32,000 nt of DNA from Xanthomonas campestris pv. campestris str. ATCC 33913 (GCF_000007145.1 NC_003902.1:460325-492324), one strand, 5' to 3'; numbered from the stretch's first letter, positions 9,789 to 17,499 are shown. Numbers and translations are program-made. The notes: generated by a model from the sequence alone, not told the origin.

Positions 9789-10493
9789 TCAGCGCTTGGC
9801 TGCAGCGCCAAAGCGGGCGTTGACCTCGGTCCAGTTGACCACCGACCACCACGCCTTGATGTAGTCGGCCCGCTTGTTTTGGTAATGCAGGTAATACGCG
9901 TGTTCCCACATATCCAGGGCCAGCAGTGGCGTGCCGCGGTCGGACACGACATCCATCAATGGGTTGTCCTGATTGGACGTGGTGGTGATCGCCAGTGAGC
10001 CGTCTGGTTTGACGATCAACCAGGCCCATCCCGAGCCGAAAATTTTTGTGGCCGCCTCGGAGAACTTGGTTTTGAAGGCCTCTTCGGAGCCGAACGACTG
10101 TGCCAGTTTTGCCTTGAGGGCCGGCGATATCGTTCCTCCCTGGCCTGCGGGTGCCATCAGCGTCCAGAACAGGCTGTGGTTGTAATGGCCGCCGGCATTG
10201 TTGCGGACCGCCGCGTCGTACAGAGAGATATGGGCCTGGATGTCTTCGACAGACGTGGTCGACAACGCTGGGTAGTCTTCGACCTTGTTGTTGAGGTTAT
10301 CGACGTAGGCCTTGTGATGGCGTGCGTGATGGATCTCCATCGTTTGCGTGTCGATGGCCGGTTCCAATGCATTGGTCGCGTAGGGCAGCGCCGGTAGCGA
10401 GAAGGCGACTTTAGGTGCGTCGGCTGCGACTGCAATATTTGAAAGTGCCAGCAGGGCGCTGAGGCCTAACGCTTTAATGGATCGGCAATTCAT
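9789..10493 (-). CDS. Fe/Mn-family superoxide dismutase, SodA (Mn)-type signatures, with N-terminal Sec-type signal peptide
   Basis: The start is ATG 10493, with GGAG about 11 nt upstream. The signal peptide is MNCRSIKALGLSALLALSNIAVA, followed by ADAPKV. The mature part aligns by eye with E. coli SodA from its first residues: FSLPALPYATNALEP, MEIHHARHH, NNAGGHYNHSLFW, TSNQDNPL, LDMWEHAYYLHYQNKRADYIKAWWSVVNW. Confidence 0.92.
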   Translation of the reverse strand: MNCRSIKALGLSALLALSNIAVAADAPKVAFSLPALPYATNALEPAIDTQTMEIHHARHHKAYVDNLNNKVEDYPALSTTSVEDIQAHISLYDAAVRNNAGGHYNHSLFWTLMAPAGQGGTISPALKAKLAQSFGSEEAFKTKFSEAATKIFGSGWAWLIVKPDGSLAITTTSNQDNPLMDVVSDRGTPLLALDMWEHAYYLHYQNKRADYIKAWWSVVNWTEVNARFGAAAKR

Positions 10494-10977
10494 GGTGTTT
10501 TGCTCCGATTTCAAGAAGGACGAACAGGGTGCTAGCAGGCGTTTGGCATGAAAGCACAAGCGCACGGCGGACTGTGTCGGTCCGTTGGAGTCAGGAACTC
10601 TGGTCCTCAATTAAGAGCATCTAACAAAACTCCTGCGCAGCCGCCAGGCGAGCGCGGCCGGTGCTCGGAATCCTCATGTACCACTCGTACACTGCGGTTC
10701 CTAGGCTCCTTCCGCGCCCACCTGACGGCTGTTCGCTATGTTTTGTCAGCCGCTCTAAATCGTAAGGACTGCAGTGCACATGCACTTGCACGCGTCAACC
10801 TCACAACGTGCGACGACGCTTCGCCCTTGCTCGCGCAGGAGCAAATCGTTCAAACCGGGCACTCGACGGCTCAGTCTCGTCCTAGCAGATCCGCTACACC
10901 TCAACTTGGCAGCCATACAAGCCAATAGCCGCCAGCCCAAAGCAAAGACGGAAAAGATGCCGCACCGGAACGTTGTG

Positions 10978-11466
10978 TCAGGCGAGAACGACGGAAGGGG
11001 GGCCGCGGGCACCCAAGGTGCTTGAGAGCAGCGATAGGCGCGTATTAGCGAGCCTTGCTAATCGCCCGAAGCTGCCAGGGTAGCCAGTGAGGAGCAGTAG
11101 CACTGCAATCAACAGACTGATCAAACGGGCAGCAATCACGCAGTAATCACAGTCGACGCCCATGTCATGCTCGGCATGTGGGCCGGGCATTGGGCGTGCA
11201 TTTGCCGTCTCATCGTCTGCGTCGTGATGGGGATAGACGTTGGATGAAATTGAAGCCGTCTCCAGCACGTCTACCGCATCGTGGTGATGCTGGTGGCGAG
11301 GCGTCTGCTTAAAACGCGAGCCATGCTGATGCACTACGTTGAGCGCTGAGGAGGCCGATGCTGCGGACTGCTTCAGGGCGCGACTTACCAACGGCGCAAT
11401 GAGCATCAAGAGAATGGCGAGCCATGCGCAGGCAAGCAACCAGTGGTGGCGTCGTGAACGGTGCAC
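10978..11466 (-). CDS. DUF2946-like small membrane protein, His-rich (copy 2)
   Basis: The 162-aa protein has an N-terminal TM helix (WLLACAWLAILLMLIAPLVSR). Its His/Asp-rich segment is HQHGSRFKQTPRHQHHHD...YPHHDADDE...HAEHD. It also has CDYC, a second hydrophobic segment and a C-terminal RGPP. The architecture matches 9361-9765. Confidence 0.6.
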   Translation of the reverse strand: MHRSRRHHWLLACAWLAILLMLIAPLVSRALKQSAASASSALNVVHQHGSRFKQTPRHQHHHDAVDVLETASISSNVYPHHDADDETANARPMPGPHAEHDMGVDCDYCVIAARLISLLIAVLLLLTGYPGSFGRLARLANTRLSLLSSTLGARGPPSVVLA

Positions 11467-12167
11467 ATTCCGATTCTAATGGAAGCGGCCGACGAATGGT
11501 CTGTGGGCCAAGATCGTCGAAGGGCTGCGACAAAGTGTCGCAATGTGTGTTGGAGCAACGCCTGCCGCAAGGTCTGTCTGCCTTTCGCAAAGGTTTCAGG
11601 TAGCGAATACGCCAATGCCACATGCTCCATGCGCCGAGTAACCCACGGACGAGGGCGCGATGGTGAGCGCGTGTGTTGCTAGGCTTCGCTCACCGAGCCT
11701 CTGCTCGACACGTAGCATGTAGCCAACCAGTGTTTGGCGTAGTCGTACGCGGCGTTTCGGTCAGTGAAGGCAACACCGGATATGGATTGACGATGAAGTG
11801 TGATGCCGCCGGGCTTGGAAATAGGAGTTCGGGTAGGAATTTACCGTCAGCCGGTGAGAAGTGCGCCGTTAGCAGATAATCGCCCACGTGACGAGTTGCG
11901 GTAACGCCCAAGAGCATTTTTCCTTGATGGTGCCCAGCACCGTTGGTTGTTCGAAACATCACAAAAAAAGCCGCAGCCAGGCGCTGCTTGGTGGCGGATG
12001 ATCATGGACGACAAGAGTCCAACAGGCAGTCGGTGTTAGGCGAGCTGGACTTTAGGTATTTCCCTCAGCAGCAGCGCCGGGAGAGGCGGTTGATCCGTCC
12101 CCAATATGAGGAGCGCACGTTTGCTCTCGCCGACTATTTCCAGTCGCCACTCGAAATACTGAAACAA

Positions 12168-12186
12168 ATTGTTACTATGTAACAAT
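12168..12186. promoter_or_regulatory. perfect 19-bp palindrome, candidate Fur-family (Zur-like) operator
   Basis: ATTGTTAC-TAT-GTAACAAT lies in an A/T-rich context, 22 nt upstream of the TBDR ATG at 12208. Its core TGTTA-N5-TAACA has the same spacing as the gamma-proteobacterial Zur consensus GAAATGTTATANTATAACATTTC (recalled from memory). Confidence 0.45.
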
Positions 12187-12207
12187 AATTCTTGATGGGG
12201 AGTGTGC

Positions 12208-14823
12208 ATGTTGCGTAGTCGAACTCTTGCGGTGACGGGAATGCTGTCAACGAGTCTTGCAGTGGCACTGCCAGCCTTCGCTGAAGATCGGGAAGCGAAC
12301 TCGTCTACGCTGGTAGACAAGGAATTCGAGGTCATTACGGTGGGTAGCCGCTTCGGCGGTCGCTCGATGCTGCAGTCGCCAACGCCAGTGGACCTGATTA
12401 CCAGAGAGGAGATGGAGCGCAACGGGCGCGTCGATCTGCTGCAGATGCTCAAGGTCGAAGTGCCCAGCTTCAACATCCCGCGCCCGATTGCATCGGGTGC
12501 CGGCGACTACCTCATGCCGCCGTCTTTACGGGGCCTGGGGCCGGGTGAGGTGCTGGTGCTGATCAATGGCAAGCGTCGCCACACGTCGGCAGATCTCAAC
12601 TCAAGCAATGGTGTTGGACGCGGCGATATTTCGATCGACTTCAACGCCATCCCGTCCCTGGCCTTATCGCGCGTGGAAGTCCTGCGCGATGGCGCAGCGG
12701 CGCAATATGGGTCCGATGCAATCTCCGGCGTCATCAACCTCACCTTGGACCGCTCGCTGGAGACCGTGGCGCACGCCACTTACCTTGCTACCAGCAAGGG
12801 CGACGGTCAAACGCATGAGGTGGCCGCAGCGACGGGATTCCCCATCGGCAGGGAAGGCGTCGTGCGGCTCACTGCGGCCGTGCAAGACATCGCAGCCAGC
12901 AACCGGGCGCGTCCCGACACTCGGCAACAGTATTTCGGCGCCAACGCTGCTGGTGCGCCGGTGATGCCCTCCGGCAACTATGGCTCCGGGACAGGGCTGA
13001 CCGCGCCCAATGGCAGGCTTGATCCCCTCGAAGCCGGTTTTGACCGGGACGTGTTCTTCCAGGGCACCCAGCCAAGCACCAATCGGCAGCTGTTCTACAA
13101 CTTAGTGACGCCCCTGTCTGATGCGGTGGAGTTCTACTCCTTCGGCGGCCACAGCCGCCTGGATGGGGATATCACTTACTTCTTCCGGCGTGCGGGTCAG
13201 GACGAGACGGTACGTGCCATCTATCCGGATGGCTACAGCCCGATGCTGGATACACGCATCGACAACACATCGGTTGCGCTGGGTCTGCGAGGCCATGCGC
13301 TTGCAGGATTCGGTTGGGACCTATCCACGGTCTACGGGCGCAATACGCAGGACCTGTTTTACGCCAATAGCGTCAATGTCTCGCTCGGCGCCGGTTCGCC
13401 AACACGTTTCTATCGCAGCGGCGCCGACTTTGATCAATGGACAACCAATCTCGATCTGAATCGAGAGCTCGCCCTGGGCAGCTTCAGCCCACTGCGCTTG
13501 GCATTAGGCGCAGAGCATCGCTACGAGCAGTACCGGCTGTTGTCCGGCGCCGAGGCTGGCTACATTAACGGGGGCGTGCCCATCCTGGACGGGCCCAACG
13601 CGGGAAGGCCTGCGATTCCCGGCTCACAGCCGGGCCCAAGCAATGGCCCGGACGACAACGCGCTGCTGGACCGGAACAGTCAGGCGATCTACGTGGAAGT
13701 CGAGCAATCGCCTAGCGACCGCCTGCTGCTGAGCGCTGCCGCCCGCCATGAGCGCTACTCCGATTTCGGCAATACGACGAACGTCAAAATCGCGAGTCGT
13801 TTTCAGCTGAGCGAACAATGGGCGCTACGGGGCTCGTACAACACTGGCTTCCGTGCTCCAGCGCTGGCGCAGTCTGGTTACAACGCGTCCAATACGTTGA
13901 TTCTCAATGGGGCGCAGGCGATCGTGCGTGTTGCCGCAGTGGGAACCGAGGCGGCGCAGCTGGCCGGGGCGACCGATCTCAAGCCTGAAACGTCGAACAA
14001 CATTTCGCTTGGCACGGTATTTCAGGAAGGCAACTGGTCAGCCTCACTTGATGCTTATCAGATCAAGGTCCGCGACCGCATTGCGATTTCCTCGACGTTC
14101 CAGGACCCGCACCTGACCAACTACCTTGCGGCCAATGGACAGTCGGGATTCGCGGCGATTTCGTTTTTGACCAACGCTGTGGACACCGTCACGCGTGGCA
14201 TGGATCTGGTCATCAATTATCGGCGACAATTTGAACTTGGCGGAGCACTGACCGGCACCTTTGCTGGCAATTACAACACCACTGATTTTGATCGGATTGC
14301 TGGCACGCCTGCACCAATTGCTGCGCTGGGCATCACCACGCCGCTGTTCGACCTGACCCAGCAGTTGCGGTACTCAGACAGTCAGCCTCGCGACAAGCTG
14401 ATGCTCAACCTGAACTATACGCATGGCCGCTTCTCGGCAAACCTGACAAACACCCGCTATGGCCAAGTCTCCAGCGTGGCCCTGACTGGCAAGAACGCAG
14501 CGCAGGTTGCAGTGCTCACGCCGGGCTACGACACGCGCTTGGTGCCAGCCTCGGCCACCACCTACGACATCATCCAGACCTTTTCGCCAAAGATCATCAC
14601 CGATCTGGAACTCTCAGCACAGGTGACGCCGGCCCTGCGTGTGAGCATCGGGGCGCAGAACCTGCTTGATGTGTATCCGGACGAGAATATCGCGTCCACT
14701 GCGGCCAGTGTTGCAGTGGGGACCAATGGCTCGGACAACGCAGGCACGCATCCGTATAACGCCACATCGCCGTTCGGCTTTACGGGTCGTGCGTTATTTA
14801 TGCGCGCCGGTCTTACGTTTTAA
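12208..14823 (+). CDS. TonB-dependent receptor (non-siderophore/oligomer type plug)
   Basis: I chose ATG 12208 because GGGGAG lies 5-6 nt upstream. The signal peptide is MLRSRTLAVTGMLSTSLAVALPAFA, followed by EDRE. The TonB-box-like sequence is FEVITVG. The plug reads LRGLGPGEVLVLINGKRR...VEVLRDGAAAQYGSDAISGVINL, and the C-terminus is ...RAGLTF. Confidence 0.9.
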   Translation: MLRSRTLAVTGMLSTSLAVALPAFAEDREANSSTLVDKEFEVITVGSRFGGRSMLQSPTPVDLITREEMERNGRVDLLQMLKVEVPSFNIPRPIASGAGDYLMPPSLRGLGPGEVLVLINGKRRHTSADLNSSNGVGRGDISIDFNAIPSLALSRVEVLRDGAAAQYGSDAISGVINLTLDRSLETVAHATYLATSKGDGQTHEVAAATGFPIGREGVVRLTAAVQDIAASNRARPDTRQQYFGANAAGAPVMPSGNYGSGTGLTAPNGRLDPLEAGFDRDVFFQGTQPSTNRQLFYNLVTPLSDAVEFYSFGGHSRLDGDITYFFRRAGQDETVRAIYPDGYSPMLDTRIDNTSVALGLRGHALAGFGWDLSTVYGRNTQDLFYANSVNVSLGAGSPTRFYRSGADFDQWTTNLDLNRELALGSFSPLRLALGAEHRYEQYRLLSGAEAGYINGGVPILDGPNAGRPAIPGSQPGPSNGPDDNALLDRNSQAIYVEVEQSPSDRLLLSAAARHERYSDFGNTTNVKIASRFQLSEQWALRGSYNTGFRAPALAQSGYNASNTLILNGAQAIVRVAAVGTEAAQLAGATDLKPETSNNISLGTVFQEGNWSASLDAYQIKVRDRIAISSTFQDPHLTNYLAANGQSGFAAISFLTNAVDTVTRGMDLVINYRRQFELGGALTGTFAGNYNTTDFDRIAGTPAPIAALGITTPLFDLTQQLRYSDSQPRDKLMLNLNYTHGRFSANLTNTRYGQVSSVALTGKNAAQVAVLTPGYDTRLVPASATTYDIIQTFSPKIITDLELSAQVTPALRVSIGAQNLLDVYPDENIASTAASVAVGTNGSDNAGTHPYNATSPFGFTGRALFMRAGLTF

Positions 14824-14873
14824 GCACACGACGACGATGCTTGAAGCTCCACACCTGACAGAGGACGACTTGA

Positions 14874-16169
14874 ATGGGCAATCGCAGAGGATTTTTGAAG
14901 ATGTCCGCTTCGCTGGCTGCCGCGCCCCTGATTCCTGAGTCGTCTGCTGTGAGCAATGAACTAGACATTCCTGTTTCCAACAAACGCCCGCATGAGCTTG
15001 CACGCGACGAAGCCCACTGGCGCGCGGTAGGTAGACTCTATTCAATCCAAGAGGAAATCATCAACCTTGAGCACGGCTATTGGGGACAGATGTCCATCCC
15101 AGTAGAGCAGGCGTTGGCTCGCCACACGCACAGAGTCAATCGCGAATTGTCGTGGTATGCACGCCGTGAGTACGATCGCGATTTTCTGAAAGCGCGGGCG
15201 GCAGTTGCCGATGCTCTCGGTGTCAGCGTCGAGGAGCTGATGCTCACCCGCAACGCGACTGAGTCGTTCGTCAATCTGATCACCCAGTATGACGAATTGA
15301 GTTCCGGTAACGCGATCCTGTGGGCAGATGCCGACTACCCCGAGTTCAAGCGCATGATGTCCTGGCTCGCAGAGTCGCGGCAGGTAAGGGGAACGATGCT
15401 GAGTCTCCCGGCTGCGGGAACCGATGAGGATTACATAAGGATCTATCGAGAAGCCTTTGATGCGCTTCCGGATCTCAAGCTGATGTTGCTTACTCATGTC
15501 AGCAATCAACACGGTCTAGTGCTGCCAGTGCGAGAGATCGCGGCTATTGCCAAGTGCCGCGGCATCCACGTCATTTGCGATTGCGCACAATCCTGGGGGT
15601 TGCTCGACTTCACCCTTGACGACTTGAACGTTGACTGGGCTGTCTTCAATCTCCACAAGTGGATCGGCTCGCCGGTAGGTGTCGGGGCCCTTTACATGCG
15701 GCACGGAACACTGGTGCCTGTGAGGCCATTTCCAGGAGAGGACAGCAGTGATACGGATGTGGCCAATCGCGTGCACTTGGCAACATCTGACTTCGCTTCA
15801 TTTCTTACTGTGCCTGATGCTCTCGCTTTTCACCGCGCTATTGGCGGCGCAAATAAACAAGCGCGGCTGAACTACCTCCGCGAAGCATGGGTCGCCAGCC
15901 TTGAAGGGTCGTCGGCGGTTGAGGTATTAGGCGCGACCGGATCTAAAAACGCATCGGGAATGGGGGCATTCCGCCTGCGCGGACAGACGTCGAAGGTGCA
16001 AGTGAGTGCACTCCAGACTCGCCTTGAGACAGAATTCCGCATCTTTACAGTGGTTCGAAACGATCTTGCTAGCGGAGCCTGTATCCGGGTAACTCCACAG
16101 GTATTTACTCCGCTTGAGCATGTGCAGGCGCTTGCTGACGCGATCGTTGAGATTTCGGTTACCGGCTAA
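14874..16169 (+). CDS. class-V aminotransferase-fold PLP-dependent enzyme with twin-arginine (Tat) signal
   Basis: The N-terminus MGNRRGFLKMSASLAAAPLIP matches the Tat consensus S/T-R-R-x-F-L-K almost perfectly. The class-V fold is supported by the PLP-lysine context VFNLHKWIGSPVGVG and by overall similarity to isopenicillin-N-epimerase/cysteine-desulfurase-like proteins. GAGGA lies 8 nt upstream, and the TBDR stop is 50 nt away. Confidence 0.85.
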   Translation: MGNRRGFLKMSASLAAAPLIPESSAVSNELDIPVSNKRPHELARDEAHWRAVGRLYSIQEEIINLEHGYWGQMSIPVEQALARHTHRVNRELSWYARREYDRDFLKARAAVADALGVSVEELMLTRNATESFVNLITQYDELSSGNAILWADADYPEFKRMMSWLAESRQVRGTMLSLPAAGTDEDYIRIYREAFDALPDLKLMLLTHVSNQHGLVLPVREIAAIAKCRGIHVICDCAQSWGLLDFTLDDLNVDWAVFNLHKWIGSPVGVGALYMRHGTLVPVRPFPGEDSSDTDVANRVHLATSDFASFLTVPDALAFHRAIGGANKQARLNYLREAWVASLEGSSAVEVLGATGSKNASGMGAFRLRGQTSKVQVSALQTRLETEFRIFTVVRNDLASGACIRVTPQVFTPLEHVQALADAIVEISVTG

Positions 16170-16327
16170 GTGAAGCCGGCTTGACCGAATTTGCTGAAAT
16201 GTGTCCGACAGCTGGCCTCTGCTCAGCAATGTCCGCTTGGTAAGGGCGGCACCGTGGGCCGACGTCCCCCCAATTTTGAGTAGCGCCTCAGTTTGGAGTC
16301 CAATTCCCTACCCCGAGGAGATTGGAC

Positions 16328-16591
16328 GTGAAGAAACGTTTTACTGACGAGCAGGTCATCGGCTTTCTGCGCGAAGCCGAAAGCGGCGTCGCCATCAAGG
16401 ACCTGTGCCGGCGGCATGGCTTCAGCGAGGCCTCGTACTACCTGTGGCGCAGCAAGTTCGGTGGGATGAGCGTGCCCGATGCCAAGCGGCTCAAGGACCT
16501 CGAGTCCGAGAACGCGCGGCTGAAGAAGTTGCTGGCCGAGCAGTTGTTCGAGAACGACCTGATCAAGGATGCACTGCGAAAAAAGTGGTGA
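16328..16591 (+). CDS. IS3-family transposase OrfA (HTH)
   Basis: (M)KKRFTDEQVIGFLREAESGVAIKDLCRRHGFSEASYYLWRSKFGGMSVPDAKRLKDLESENARLKKLLAEQ is IS407-like. I prefer the GTG 16328 start because GAGGAG lies 7 nt upstream. The ORF track starts at TTG 16322. Confidence 0.85.
   Translation: MKKRFTDEQVIGFLREAESGVAIKDLCRRHGFSEASYYLWRSKFGGMSVPDAKRLKDLESENARLKKLLAEQLFENDLIKDALRKKW
16579..16585 (+). promoter_or_regulatory. programmed -1 ribosomal frameshift heptamer A AAA AAG
   Basis: In the orfA zero frame the sequence is CGA AAA AAG TGG TGA. The heptamer AAAAAAG lies two codons before the orfA stop, which is the classic IS3-family arrangement. Confidence 0.8.
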
Positions 16592-17430
16592 GCGCACCGG
16601 CGCGTCGGACGCTGGTGCGCGAATGGATCGGGCGTGGTGCCAGCGAGCGTCGTGCGTTGGCAGTGATCGGCATGAGCGCCAGTGCACTGCGGTATTGCCC
16701 GCGCGAAGATCGCAATGGCGAACTGCGCGAACGCATCTGTGCGTTGGCACATCGCCATCGCCGCTATGGCGTGGGAATGATCTATCTCAAATTGCGGCAA
16801 GAAGGGCGCATCGTGAACTACAAGCGTGTGGAACGGTTGTACCGCGAGCAGCAGCTGCAAGTGCGCCGCCGCAAGCGCAAGAAGGTCCCAATAGGCGAGC
16901 GTCAACCGCTGCTGCGGCCATCGCAGGCCAACCAGGTGTGGTCGATGGACTTTGTGTTCGACCGCACCGCCGAAGGCCGGGTGATCAAGTGTCTGGTGAT
17001 CGTGGACGATGCAACCCACGAAGTGGTCGCCATCGAGGTGGAGCGCGCGATCTCCGGGCACGGGGTGACGCGCGTGCTGGACCGACTGGCGCACAGTCGC
17101 GGTTTGCCGAAGGTGATCCGCACTGACAACGGCAAGGAGTTTTGCGGTAAGGCGATGGTCGCCTGGGCGCATGCCCGTAATGTGCAACTACTGCTCATCC
17201 AGCCAGGCAAACCGAACCAGAACGCCTACGTCGAATCCTTCAACGGCCGACTGCGCGACGAATGCCTCAACGAGCACTGGTTCCCGACGTTACTGCACGC
17301 GCGCACCGAAATCGAACGCTGGCGACGCGAATACCACGAGGACCGACCCAAGAAAGCAATCGGCGGCATGACGCCGGCTGCGTATGCCCAACATCTGGCA
17401 AACACCGATATCATCAACCCCGGACTCTAA
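16579..17430 (+). CDS. IS3-family transposase OrfB (DDE integrase domain), expressed as an OrfAB fusion by -1 frameshift
   Basis: The frame is -1 relative to orfA. After the slip it reads KKVVSAPARRTLVREWIG...WSMDFVFD...IRTDNGKEF...NAYVESFNGRLRDECLN, a typical rve/DDE domain. Confidence 0.85.
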   Translation, partial: KKVVSAPARRTLVREWIGRGASERRALAVIGMSASALRYCPREDRNGELRERICALAHRHRRYGVGMIYLKLRQEGRIVNYKRVERLYREQQLQVRRRKRKKVPIGERQPLLRPSQANQVWSMDFVFDRTAEGRVIKCLVIVDDATHEVVAIEVERAISGHGVTRVLDRLAHSRGLPKVIRTDNGKEFCGKAMVAWAHARNVQLLLIQPGKPNQNAYVESFNGRLRDECLNEHWFPTLLHARTEIERWRREYHEDRPKKAIGGMTPAAYAQHLANTDIINPGL

Positions 17431-17499
17431 ACCAGGCCGCTACTCAGGGCGGGGGGACGTCGGGACGCAGCCGACGCGGAGCATCAGTCATTAGGGCTT

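Larger units (their letters stand above)
16255..17469 (+). mobile_element. IS3-family insertion sequence, IS407 group, about 1215 bp
   Basis: The ends are TGGGCCGACGTCCCCCCAATTTTGAGTAGCG (left) and, on the reverse complement of the right end, TGCGTCCCGACGTCCCCCCGCCCTGAGTAGCG. They share CCGACGTCCCCCC and TGAGTAGCG and have TG...CA termini. Between them lie orfA, orfB and an A6G slippery site. The exact termini are uncertain by about 2 nt. Confidence 0.85.

Noticed and set aside
9766-10029. An upstream extension of the DUF2946-like ORF would give a 222-aa version.
   Set aside because: The extension overlaps the 3' end of the SOD gene in another frame and has no family-like sequence. The ATG at 9765 gives the typical N-terminal TM helix.
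12036-12476. A 146-aa minus-strand ORF overlaps the start of the second TBDR.
   Set aside because: It runs antisense to the receptor signal peptide and plug, and its codon bias is poor.
16223-17187. Minus-strand ORFs (175 aa and 249 aa) lie inside the IS3-family element.
   Set aside because: They run antisense to the clearly recognisable orfA and orfB, and they have no motifs.
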